In this document: in pieces, positions 9,258 to 18,409 of the stretch
Numbering within the stretch: position 1 is the first letter of the stretch
Layout: every line of letters begins with the position of its first letter
NCBI GenBank assembly: GCA_039586365.1
Contig: JBDHKN010000051.1
Location: 1 to 34,656 of the forward strand
Source of the DNA: Gemmatimonadota bacterium
GTDB taxonomy: Bacteria; Gemmatimonadota; Gemmatimonadetes; Gemmatimonadales; GWC2-71-9
Length of the DNA: 34,656 nucleotides
Reading direction: 5' to 3'
Notes under the pieces: model-generated
What the model was told of the DNA's origin: nothing
The model's database searches: none
The model's input: only the letters and a program-made list of their open reading frames with translations
Position numbers and translations under genes: made by a program

Positions 9258-9701
9258 ATGCAACACTACCGGAGTAGGACCCTTGCGCTCGGAGTCTGTG
9301 CGGCCGTCTTTGCCCTCGCCGCGTGTAGCGACAGCAATGGTCCTGAGGACATGCAGCAGGACCTCACTGGCACATATACGCTGGTTTCCATCTCCCAGGG
9401 TACTGCGGCTGGTGTGGTGTTGATACCGGGGGCGACCGGTTCGTTCACTCTCACCGCAACGAACTACGAGGTTTCGCTGACGATTCCGCAGGTCCCGCCC
9501 GCCCCGGCCCTCGTGATCACCGATGAGGGGACCTACACGGCGACGGGATCGGAGACAAGCGGCACGTGGACGCAGCAATCTACCGTCGACGTCGATCTGC
9601 AGTACGCGGGCACATACAATTGGGATGCTGGCACGAGCCAGTTGACCCTGGACTCGACGGCTGGGGCAGTGCGCACAGTATTGGTGCTGCAGCTTACCTG
9701 A
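9258..9701 (+). CDS. Lipoprotein, beta-rich (lipocalin-like) hypothetical protein
   Basis: GGGGAG RBS before ATG 9258; lipobox LAA-C; DLTGTYTLVSI and DEGTYT strands typical of lipocalin-like barrels. Confidence 0.8.
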   Translation: MQHYRSRTLALGVCAAVFALAACSDSNGPEDMQQDLTGTYTLVSISQGTAAGVVLIPGATGSFTLTATNYEVSLTIPQVPPAPALVITDEGTYTATGSETSGTWTQQSTVDVDLQYAGTYNWDAGTSQLTLDSTAGAVRTVLVLQLT

Positions 9702-9729
9702 TGATCATCGTGCTGGTCGGAGCAGCTGG

Positions 9730-11910
9730 ATGCGTGTAACGAGCCTAGGAGGCATGGCACCACGGCATTTCGCACTGGCCGTCGCCGTATTGGCAGGGCT
9801 GGTGCTCGGCAGTAGTGTGGCCGGCGCTCAGACATCCGCAGTTGTGGGCACCGTGCGCGATGCCGAGACCGGCGAACCCATTGCAGGTGCGACTGTACTC
9901 CTCACTGGGACACCTCTCAGTGCTGTCGCCAGTGCTGACGGGAGATTCGCAATCGAGGGACTCCAGGCCGGGCGGTACACGCTGCGGGCTGTGGCGATCG
10001 GTTTCTCGGCTGACAGCCTGTTTCATATAGCGCTCGCGGCAGGAGAACGGCGTGACCTCACGCTGCGGCTGCAGCGGGTACCACTCATGCTTCAGGAAAT
10101 CGTGGTTACGGCGAGCCGTGTGATGGAGCGGAGCGAGGAATCCGCGGTTAGCGTCGCCGCCCTTCCGAGCCACGAGGTTGTCCGTCGCAACGTCACGACG
10201 ATCGATAAGGCGCTGGTGTATGTCCCTGGGGTCACGTTCAACGGTAGCGAACAGTTGGACATCCGTGGCGCCGCCGGTTTCGCTCGCGGCGTGGGAAGCC
10301 GCGTGCTCATGCTGCTCGACGGGCACCCCATCCTGAGCGGCGACGGTGCCGAGATTGACTTCGCCAGCATCCCACTGCTTGACCTGGACCGCACCGAGAT
10401 CGTCAAAGGAGCATATTCTGCAATCTACGGAAGCAGTGCCGTCGGCGGTGTCGTCAACGTGGTGACGAACCCGGTGGGGGCGGGGCCGGAGACTGTGTTC
10501 CGAGGCCACGCTGAGGCCTACACCTATAAGCCTGAGTATAAATGGGCTGGGGGAACGCAAGAAGCCTTCGGGTTCGGGGTGCAGCACTCCCGGCGCATCG
10601 GGTCTATCGGGGGCCGGTTCTTCCTGGGATACGAGAACACAGACGGCTTTACCGAAAACGGCGAATCCAACCGCTGGCTTGGGAGAGTCAAGGTCACATC
10701 TGCTGCGACAAGCAGCCATCCCTGGGATGCCTATGCCGTGTTCACACGCGACCGATCGGGCGAGTTCTTCACCTGGCGGTCCGCTGACGAACCGTTTCGG
10801 GTGTCGCCCAACGAGGTCGGGGATCACACTGTCGACAACAAACTGCTGACGGGCGCGACGATTACGCCACTTGCACGGACCACGACGTTGGTTCGCCTCA
10901 GTCCCTACTTCAACGTGAATACGCTTCAGAACCACTTCAGCGACAACAGTGATTGGCATCGTGCGGTCAAGCCGGGGATGCTCGTGCAGCTCTCCTGGTA
11001 CCCCAGCCAGGGCCACGCTGTGACCTTGGGGACCGACGGCGCCTATACATGGGTGAACTCGAATTTTCTCGGCGACCCCCGAATCCTCGATTTCGCAGTG
11101 TTCGCGCAGGATGAGTTCCCTGTCGCGAGGAATCTCAAAGGCTCAGTCGGAGTGCGCCTCGACCATCACAAGTCAGATGTCGGCGAATCAGAGTGGGCCG
11201 TGAGTCCGAAGGCTGGCATGGCGCTGCGCGTAGCTCCTAGAGCCACACTCCGCATGTCGGTTGGCGGGGGGTATCGCGCACCGAGTGCCATCGAACAGTT
11301 CGTATCAACCCAGCAATTCGGGTTTCGCGTGGTTCCCAATCCCGCTCTCCGGGGTGAACAGGCATGGTCTGGTGAGATCGGCACTACGGTGACGGTGCTC
11401 AACCGAGTGCGGATCGATGGGGCCGTGTTTGGCAGTGTTTACCATGACCTCATCGGACCTGCTCCGGCGCCGGGGCAGCCTTTCGTGTTCCAGTTTCAGA
11501 ATGTCTCTCGAGCACGCGTTGCCGGTGTGGATCTCGGAATCAAGGCACAGGTCGTCCCGGATCGGCTGGAGTTGCAGGCAACCTACTTGTTTCTCGACAC
11601 TGAGGACCGCGACGCTAACAAGCCGTTGCCATATCGATCGCGTCACAACGTGACCGGAACTATCAACGTGTTCGGAGGCCTGGTCGGGTTGGACACGCGG
11701 TACCGGAGCCGAGTCGAAGAGGTGTTGGGATATCCGGTAGATCCACGCTCCGACGTGATCGTCCTGGACCTCCGGCTGGGCTATCGAGCAGTCGGCGTTC
11801 TCTGGCAGCTCAAGGTAGCGAACCTGTTCAATCGGTTTTACGTAGACGTGCAGGAGCGCAACCCAGGTGCACCACGGAGCATTGCGATCACCGCGCTACA
11901 CGGGCTTTGA
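9730..11910 (+). CDS. TonB-dependent receptor with N-terminal carboxypeptidase-regulatory-like domain
   Basis: Signal peptide; GTVRDAETGEPIAGATV domain; TonB box EIVVTASR; plug motifs DIRG, LLDGHP and EIVKGAYSAIYGSSAVGGVVNVVT; C-terminal NLFNRFY..GAPR. Start could be 9754. Confidence 0.92.
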   Translation: MRVTSLGGMAPRHFALAVAVLAGLVLGSSVAGAQTSAVVGTVRDAETGEPIAGATVLLTGTPLSAVASADGRFAIEGLQAGRYTLRAVAIGFSADSLFHIALAAGERRDLTLRLQRVPLMLQEIVVTASRVMERSEESAVSVAALPSHEVVRRNVTTIDKALVYVPGVTFNGSEQLDIRGAAGFARGVGSRVLMLLDGHPILSGDGAEIDFASIPLLDLDRTEIVKGAYSAIYGSSAVGGVVNVVTNPVGAGPETVFRGHAEAYTYKPEYKWAGGTQEAFGFGVQHSRRIGSIGGRFFLGYENTDGFTENGESNRWLGRVKVTSAATSSHPWDAYAVFTRDRSGEFFTWRSADEPFRVSPNEVGDHTVDNKLLTGATITPLARTTTLVRLSPYFNVNTLQNHFSDNSDWHRAVKPGMLVQLSWYPSQGHAVTLGTDGAYTWVNSNFLGDPRILDFAVFAQDEFPVARNLKGSVGVRLDHHKSDVGESEWAVSPKAGMALRVAPRATLRMSVGGGYRAPSAIEQFVSTQQFGFRVVPNPALRGEQAWSGEIGTTVTVLNRVRIDGAVFGSVYHDLIGPAPAPGQPFVFQFQNVSRARVAGVDLGIKAQVVPDRLELQATYLFLDTEDRDANKPLPYRSRHNVTGTINVFGGLVGLDTRYRSRVEEVLGYPVDPRSDVIVLDLRLGYRAVGVLWQLKVANLFNRFYVDVQERNPGAPRSIAITALHGL

Positions 11911-11985
11911 GGTGTCCTGGTCCGGACTCAGGCAGAAACGGTATGCGTTGGAGAATCCCCGCAGCAGAGTCACAGACTTGGTCGC

Positions 11986-12672
11986 CTACTCACGCCGCAA
12001 GGCCTCCACTACGTCAACCTTGCCGGCCCGGCGGGCGGGAAGGTAACAGGCGGCCACCGCTACAGCCATCAATATCAGACTTACAGCGACCATGGTAGTT
12101 GGGTCGCTGGTGCTTACCTCGAACACCATACTCTGCAGCAGCCGCGACAGCACCAAGGAGGCAGCTAAGCCAATCAACACTGCCATCCCGATCAGCTTCG
12201 CACCACTTCCGACTACCTGACCGGTAACAGCCTCGGCGCTGGCACCCAAGGCCATTCTTATTCCGATATCACGAGTCCGTTCACTGACGGCGTACGATAT
12301 CACACCGTAAATCCCGACGCTGGCGAGTAACAGGGCGATGAGGGAAAAGAGCCCCAACGCCGACATGGCTAGCCGGGCTTGAGCGAGGTTCTCACTGAGA
12401 TAGGAGTCCACAGTCCGAACGTTGTACAGCGGGACGTTGGGATCCACTTCGGCTACCATGCGCCTGATGCTGCTCGCGAGGGAGGTCGGATCTGCCTCGG
12501 AGCGAGCAAACACGGTCATCTGGTTCCAGGGCTGAAACTGACGGTGTTCCCAGTAGAGCTGCGAGCGAACGGTGGTACTGGGACCATCGTGCCGCACGTT
12601 GCCCACGACGCCAACCACCTGCGCGACAAGTGTGTCGCCCCAAGGCATGGAGATGATCTTACTGATGGGAGA
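11986..12672 (-). pseudogene. C-terminal remnant of an ABC transporter permease (MacB/FtsX, ADOP-like duplicated permease)
   Basis: VVGVVGNVRH, VDPNVPLYNVRT, GIYGVISYAVSERTRDIGIRMALGA and CYLPARRA motifs, i.e. only the last periplasmic part plus FtsX domain. No RBS before ATG 12648; the frame continues upstream (SPISKIIS) to an in-frame TAG at 12673-12675. Confidence 0.75.
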
Positions 12673-12676
12673 CTAA

Positions 12677-12743
12677 CAGCTATCAGCTATCAGCTTTCAG
12701 TCGTCACTTAACACCCGAAAGCCGGTCCCCAACAGCTGATCGC
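12677..12743. repeat. Heptamer tandem repeat (CAGCTAT) with a downstream inverted copy
   Basis: CAGCTAT CAGCTAT CAGCTTT CAGTCGT (12677-12704) and a near-complementary AGCTGATCGC at 12734-12743. Confidence 0.75.
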
Positions 12744-12748
12744 CGTGC

Positions 12749-13384
12749 TCATCTAGGTGCTGCGGCCGTCTTCCGGATGAGCAGTCCGCTCGTGGAAACT
12801 CGCACTTCGAATTCGGCCCGATCGTCGGTCGCGATGAACGTACCGGAACCGTATTCGGCATCCACCAGTGGCGCTAGCAGGGGGGAACGGCGACGAAGAT
12901 GGAAGATGTCTAGCGGCTTAGCTCTCGAGAGTGCGAAGAGTGTGCGTGGGCTGGACTGTTCTTCTGCGAGGTCCAGATACCTGCCAGATATGCGATCCAA
13001 TTCGTAGTCCGTGTGGAGGCCCAGCAAATTAGCCAGGGGCTTCCACTTGAGGATGTGCGCGTCAATGTAGAACTCATCTCCAGCCAGGACAAACGTGGTG
13101 TCCCGGCCGTCGGGAAAACGCACTCTCGCCTCGAACCTCTTGGCATCTATACGTTGCGTCGAGACGAAGGCCGCAACTTCTTCATGGGTGAACGCGCGGT
13201 ACCCCTGTGTGGCAATGGTGAGAGTCGCGAACAGGGCGGACAGCGACAGGAGCAACAGAGCGAACACGGTATTGGCAGCCGTCCGCAACAGACGTTTGTT
13301 CTTGAGTGCCCAGATCGCGACGATAAAAAACGTCACACTGAGGAGAGCGAAGATCACGGTTAGTACGACTAATGTTGTGGCCAT
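12749..13384 (-). CDS. Hypothetical membrane protein (two N-terminal TM helices plus soluble domain)
   Basis: CAGGAG RBS before ATG 13384; two hydrophobic segments; LAGDEFYIDAHILKWK, YELDRISGRY and VDAEYGSGTF look like conserved motifs. Function unknown. Confidence 0.8.
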   Translation of the reverse strand: MATTLVVLTVIFALLSVTFFIVAIWALKNKRLLRTAANTVFALLLLSLSALFATLTIATQGYRAFTHEEVAAFVSTQRIDAKRFEARVRFPDGRDTTFVLAGDEFYIDAHILKWKPLANLLGLHTDYELDRISGRYLDLAEEQSSPRTLFALSRAKPLDIFHLRRRSPLLAPLVDAEYGSGTFIATDDRAEFEVRVSTSGLLIRKTAAAPR

Positions 13385-13575
13385 GTGGTCAATCTCCTGG
13401 TGACATTGTCGCCTGTAGGGACCACCATAAGTTACTAGCCGGGACCGGTGGATAGGAGTAAGCCACAATCGCTGTACTATCAGCGCCGATCTGGATGGCG
13501 CTGGGAGTGACCGCTGGCCCGCAGAGGGGCCTGTGGCCATCTTTGAGGCCCGTTACCCATAGTTGGCGGAGGAAC

Positions 13576-15135
13576 ATGAATCGCGACAGCATGACCGACC
13601 GGTTGCGCGACAGGACTGAAGCTTGGGATATCATCGTCATCGGAGGGGGAGCGACGGGAATGGGTATCGCGGTGGACGGCTCGTCGCGTGGGTTCGACGT
13701 GCTGCTGCTCGAGCAGGCGGACTTCGGAAAGGGCACCTCTAGCCGATCCACAAAACTGGTGCACGGCGGCGTGCGATACCTCCAGCAGGGCAACGTATCG
13801 CTCGTGATGGAGGCTCTGAGGGAACGAGGCAGGCTACTCCAGAACGCACCGCATCTGGTCTCCGATCTGGCGTTCGTTGTCCCCAACTATGAGTGGTGGG
13901 AAGCACCGTTCTACGGAGTGGGTATGAAGGTCTACGACGTGATGGCTGGTCGCTACCGATTCGGGCGGTCGAAGAACCTCTCGGTTGAAGAGACAATCGC
14001 GCGGCTGCCCAACATCGAGCGCGAGGGACTTCGTGGCGGCGTACTGTATCACGATGGACAATTCGACGACGCTCGTCTCCTGGTGAATTTGGCCCAGACG
14101 GCTTTCGAGCAAGGGGCGACCGTCATCAACTACGCCAAGGTCAACGACCTCATGAAGGACAGCGCCGGGTTCTTGACGGGAGTTCACGTGGTTGACCAGG
14201 AGAGTGGTGAAGAGTTCCGGGCAGGGGCTCGGGTTGTGATCAACGCCACTGGTCCATTCTGCGATGAGGTGAGGCGCCTGGATTTTGCTACCGCTAGTGC
14301 GCTGATCCAGCCGAGTCAGGGAGTGCATATCACGCTCGACCGGTCGTTCCTGGCGGGGGATACGGCTATCATGGTGCCACGCACGACGGACGGCCGAGTG
14401 ATGTTCGCGCTGCCGTGGCACGATCACGTGATCGTGGGTACGACGGACACTCCGCTGGATCATGTGTCACTGGAACCCAGGCCAACCGCCGAGGAAGTGG
14501 ACTTCATACTGGAGACCACTGTGCAGTATCTGGTGCGTGATCCTACGCGTGAGGACGTGCTCTCAGCGTTTGCGGGGATTCGACCACTCGTGAGCGCCGG
14601 ACAGGCTGACAACACTGCAACCCTGTCAAGGGAGCACAGCATCGAGATATCGGCGTCTGGCTTACTCACCATAGCCGGCGGTAAGTGGACCACGTATCGC
14701 AACATGGCTGAGGACTGTGTGGACCATGCGATCACGGTGGGTGATTTGGAGGACCGTCCCTGTGTCACCAAGTCCCTGCGGATCCACGGACACCTGCGCG
14801 ACGCCGAGCGGTTCGGTGAGCTGGCTTGGTACGGATCCGATGCTATGGCGGTCCGCACCTTGATTGAGTCGGAAGACCGGTTCGGCGAGAGGCTGCACCC
14901 TGCGTTGCCGTATCGGGCTGGCGAAGTCATCTGGTCGACTCGCTCCGAGATGACCAGAACTGTGGACGATTATCTGTCGCGCCGGAGCCGCGCGACGTTT
15001 CTGAATGCGCGGGCGGCTATGGAGATGGCGCCAGCTGTGGCGCAGCTCCTGGCCGAGGCACTCGGCCGCGACGAGAGGTGGGTGCAAAGCCAGGTGCGGG
15101 AGTATCGCCAGATAGCGTCGGGCTATGTACCGTGA
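13576..15135 (+). CDS. glpD: FAD-dependent glycerol-3-phosphate dehydrogenase/oxidase
   Basis: GGAGG RBS before ATG 13576; DIIVIGGGATG, GTSSRSTKLVHGGVRYL, DGQFDDAR, GTTD, FAGIRPL and GGKWTTYR motifs. Confidence 0.92.
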   Translation: MNRDSMTDRLRDRTEAWDIIVIGGGATGMGIAVDGSSRGFDVLLLEQADFGKGTSSRSTKLVHGGVRYLQQGNVSLVMEALRERGRLLQNAPHLVSDLAFVVPNYEWWEAPFYGVGMKVYDVMAGRYRFGRSKNLSVEETIARLPNIEREGLRGGVLYHDGQFDDARLLVNLAQTAFEQGATVINYAKVNDLMKDSAGFLTGVHVVDQESGEEFRAGARVVINATGPFCDEVRRLDFATASALIQPSQGVHITLDRSFLAGDTAIMVPRTTDGRVMFALPWHDHVIVGTTDTPLDHVSLEPRPTAEEVDFILETTVQYLVRDPTREDVLSAFAGIRPLVSAGQADNTATLSREHSIEISASGLLTIAGGKWTTYRNMAEDCVDHAITVGDLEDRPCVTKSLRIHGHLRDAERFGELAWYGSDAMAVRTLIESEDRFGERLHPALPYRAGEVIWSTRSEMTRTVDDYLSRRSRATFLNARAAMEMAPAVAQLLAEALGRDERWVQSQVREYRQIASGYVP

Positions 15136-15302
15136 GCGTGGGCAGTGTGCATCGAAGTGCGTCTCGGGGGTTGTAGGGGATCCGACCGCCTCGATCTGGT
15201 TCGCGGGCGGCGAATATCCGATTCAGGCCTGCGCCGAGATTTGGCGGCGGCAGAGATGCCCCGACCAGGCTGCTCTAGCGGGCTGTGAGACAGTAAACCA
15301 GG

Positions 15303-17489
15303 CTACTGTCTGATCACGACCCACCCCATCTGCTCCAGGATGCCCAGATAGGCTGCTACCTGCTCCACCTCCAGTTCGGTTCCCGTGATCGCAGCCACCT
15401 GATTGCGGATCTGGCTCACCGACCGCTGCCCGTTCACGAAGTTGAGTATTCCACGGGTCTGTGCGGGGCCGAGTCCCAACTCTGTCAGGGCGTCCGGGTT
15501 TGTCTCCAGGTACGTTCGGTAGCCGTCGCTCCGCTCGAGATAGAACTGTCTTCCCTTCACGTCGGGGTGTAGGTCGGGAATCACAGTGGCGTAGCGCCGC
15601 TGCGCAGGTGTCTCGGGCAGAACACGCGGCAATGGAGCACCCAATCTTCCGGCCCGGACTTGAGCGTAGCCGAGCACTTGGGCCGTCAAACCCTCCCGAT
15701 ACAACTGCCACTGAGCAATCCGGTTTTCCAGCGTCGATCGTGCCTCGGCGCTTGCCGTGTATACATCCCGGACGGACTCCAGTGCGGTCACTTCCCGATC
15801 CACGGCTGCGTTGATCAGGTTGACCGCTTGCTGCAGTGCCGGTTCCAGTTCGGTGTCGGTCGCCCGCTCCAGCAGTTTCAGGGCCTGCGGTATTCCCCGC
15901 TCGGCGATACGGGCGTAGCCGAACTGGGAGACCGCATCCAGCAGCCGTGGAATCCGACCGTCACTCAGGTCTGCGGCCACGAGCGCCACTGCGGCGCCGA
16001 TGAAGGCGACACGCTTCATCTCCGTAGGGTCTGCCTTGTCCGGCAGATCGGCATCGGCGTGATACCATTGGTCAGGCCAGGTGAAGAACTCGATTCCCGG
16101 GACCGCCACCGACGGATTGTTGAAACAGATATGATCACTTCCTCCCGTGGCCTCATGGATGTAGAAGCGAAAAGCATCCCCGGACCCATTCTTCTCGACC
16201 ATAGGGCGCGGGAAATACTGGCCGCCCGGACGTCCCCGGGGAGAATCAGGCAGGTATACGATGTCGTTGGTGCGCCAGACATAGTTCAGCATGGATTTGG
16301 CCAAGCCGTCCAAGTAGCTGGCAAGGTGGGCGGGAGTTTCGCTCATGGTGAAAACGGAGTTGTTGAGGCGTAGGGCCTCACTAACCATGTCCATGTTCAC
16401 ATTGATGCTCAGCGATTCGGGGAACCCAGGGTTGCGGCCGATGAACTCGTAGGTGCCAGAGATCTCGTTGGGCCAGAGGAAGTAGATGGTCCGTCGTGGC
16501 TGGGGAATCTGGCCAGTGTCGATGAGGTGACTGAGGGCCCGCAAGATCTCCAGTTGAATCGCAGGTCCTCCCATGTCATCGTTGGTTCCCCGCTTGGTGT
16601 AACCTTCGAAGAGGTGGCCAGTAAAGATGACTCCCTTTGCGTCCGGCTCGGTTCCCGGGATCCAAGCGAACACCGTCTCGTATCTGTTGGGGTGGTCCTC
16701 GACCGTCGCTTTGAGTCGCACAACGATACTCTGACCACGCTCCAGATCCTCCAACAACTCGGACCATTGACGCCACGAGATGGTCATCCCCAGGCTCAGG
16801 TTCTCAGCTTGTGCGTACCCTCCGCGGGAGTAGACAACCTGGTTCGGATCCAAGTACCGTTCCCGGGCATTGAACGAGATCACGCCCCGAACCCCCAGAT
16901 CATCGAGAGCCTCGAACACGTCGCCGCGGGGGTGGGACCACATTAGCGCGACCTTGCCTCGGTGTGACTCAGCGGCCTCGCCTAAACTTCGGATCTCTTG
17001 CGCTGTCATCTCGGGCACGTACCAGAGTTGGCCGGTCACGTCGCCTGACCGCGAGCCACCGGCGATCATGGCAACGTCCGCCCCCAATCGCGCCACCAGA
17101 CGAGGCGCCGGCTCCACGATCCAGAACTCCCCCTCTGTGGCGTATGAGAAGGTGCCCGGTCCTGGGTACCGGTCCAGGCGAACCGTCTCGATGCCGTAGC
17201 TCCGGACCAGGTCGTAGAGCTGACGCGCCTCGTAGAACGTGTCCGTAAACTCTGCAGGATCTCTTAGCCAAGGGGCTCCAGCCAGCTTCACCAAGTTGTT
17301 GAAGGCCATTTGGCCGGAGATTTCGTTGGTCAGGAGCGTCAGAAGTCCTGCCTCGAGAGGAGTCTCAAGAGGGTCCTGCGCAGCTGCATACGACGGAGAG
17401 AGCAGAGTGGTGACTATTGAGAGACAGGCTAGTACGTGCCGGCCAACATGGCGGCTGCGGTAGATGCCGAGACGAATCGACGTGATCAT
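15303..17489 (-). CDS. Secreted M28-family (DUF4910-like) metallopeptidase/hydrolase, paralogue of 1092-3197
   Basis: Signal peptide ending YAAA-Q; HLFE..GTNDDMGG, WPNEISG, NMDM, GSDH, WYHADAD and DPTEMKR motifs. Start uncertain (17489 or 17537). Confidence 0.85.
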   Translation of the reverse strand: MITSIRLGIYRSRHVGRHVLACLSIVTTLLSPSYAAAQDPLETPLEAGLLTLLTNEISGQMAFNNLVKLAGAPWLRDPAEFTDTFYEARQLYDLVRSYGIETVRLDRYPGPGTFSYATEGEFWIVEPAPRLVARLGADVAMIAGGSRSGDVTGQLWYVPEMTAQEIRSLGEAAESHRGKVALMWSHPRGDVFEALDDLGVRGVISFNARERYLDPNQVVYSRGGYAQAENLSLGMTISWRQWSELLEDLERGQSIVVRLKATVEDHPNRYETVFAWIPGTEPDAKGVIFTGHLFEGYTKRGTNDDMGGPAIQLEILRALSHLIDTGQIPQPRRTIYFLWPNEISGTYEFIGRNPGFPESLSINVNMDMVSEALRLNNSVFTMSETPAHLASYLDGLAKSMLNYVWRTNDIVYLPDSPRGRPGGQYFPRPMVEKNGSGDAFRFYIHEATGGSDHICFNNPSVAVPGIEFFTWPDQWYHADADLPDKADPTEMKRVAFIGAAVALVAADLSDGRIPRLLDAVSQFGYARIAERGIPQALKLLERATDTELEPALQQAVNLINAAVDREVTALESVRDVYTASAEARSTLENRIAQWQLYREGLTAQVLGYAQVRAGRLGAPLPRVLPETPAQRRYATVIPDLHPDVKGRQFYLERSDGYRTYLETNPDALTELGLGPAQTRGILNFVNGQRSVSQIRNQVAAITGTELEVEQVAAYLGILEQMGWVVIRQ

Positions 17490-17631
17490 GGCAGATCTCC
17501 ACTCGGGGTTGCCGAAGGGATGAGGGATTGCCTCCATACACGGTTACAGAACATGAGGTACCACATCACAGACCTCGTCGCAACAGGTGCTGCCTGCGAA
17601 CCAACCTACCAGGGGTGTACTGGCCACCGGA

Positions 17632-18192
17632 TCAGGCTCCGGTGAAGAGATCGATTTGGGGAGGCTCGAGAGGAAAGTGCATGGTCTGTAGGACGGTTTC
17701 CACCCAATTGTCACGGTCGGCCGGATCGAGGTGGTGACATCGAACGTCGAAGGCGGTGATGAGCTCTTCGATTACCCGGTCGATCTCCATCTGGAAAGCG
17801 GTGCTCACGTCCCGGGTACCGTCGAATGATGGTGATTGCAGGATTGGGACCTTGAAGAGCCCATCGTAGGTCTGCATCCACTTGGTTACGAGAGTGTTGT
17901 ATTCCGAACGCCTGCCGATCTGGTGAACCAGGTACGCGTAGTTGTCTATCACTGAACGATCGCAGATGACTGCTTCGTACTGAGAACCGGCCGCTATCTC
18001 GTGCGCTATCTGAGTGTGGAGGATCCAGGCCTGGGCCTCCAATGTCGTTGCTTGATTAATTGGTAGGGGACAGCTGCGAGCGACCTCCTTCACGATGTCC
18101 ACAGCGAGGTCGAGCCGCTTCAGTCGGGACGCCAGGTCGAAACAGAGTGTCGTCTTGCCGACGCCGTGGGAACCAATGAAGGCAATCTTCAA
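17632..18192 (-). CDS. P-loop NTPase of the AAA_28 / NadR-kinase-like family
   Basis: KIAFIGSHGVGKTT Walker A, KEVAR and ICDRSVIDNYAY. Probable TTG start at 18192 (ORF track extends to 18222). Confidence 0.8.
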   Translation of the reverse strand: MKIAFIGSHGVGKTTLCFDLASRLKRLDLAVDIVKEVARSCPLPINQATTLEAQAWILHTQIAHEIAAGSQYEAVICDRSVIDNYAYLVHQIGRRSEYNTLVTKWMQTYDGLFKVPILQSPSFDGTRDVSTAFQMEIDRVIEELITAFDVRCHHLDPADRDNWVETVLQTMHFPLEPPQIDLFTGA

Positions 18193-18409
18193 GTTGGAGA
18201 TCTCCGACCAGTGTGCGAGCAATTATGCAGATGCGTGGGCATGACTGCCAGGGTCCGGGGTCCACCTAGATCTGAATGAATGCAAGAGAATCTGGCTCGC
18301 GTGAGCTGCCGACCGTAGCTTAATCTCGAGCCTCAAGGGACTCGTCCTATGCCAAGGATCTGTGAGACTGAACCGGTCGGTGACGCACTTCCACAAAAGG
18401 AAGCCTGAC

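Noticed and set aside
9745..11016. 423-aa minus-strand ORF
   Set aside because: Antisense shadow of the TonB-dependent receptor, with no recognisable domain.
13385..13575. N-terminal extensions of the membrane protein (to 13540) and glpD (from 13495)
   Set aside because: The extensions overlap each other, and good RBSs sit at the internal ATGs 13384 and 13576.
15136..15302. Possible ncRNA or terminator between convergent glpD and peptidase
   Set aside because: No convincing stem with a U-tract and no recognisable RNA family motif.
18223..18409. Purine/xanthine riboswitch upstream of hydA
   Set aside because: No match to purine riboswitch consensus visible; an Infernal search would be needed to exclude it fully.
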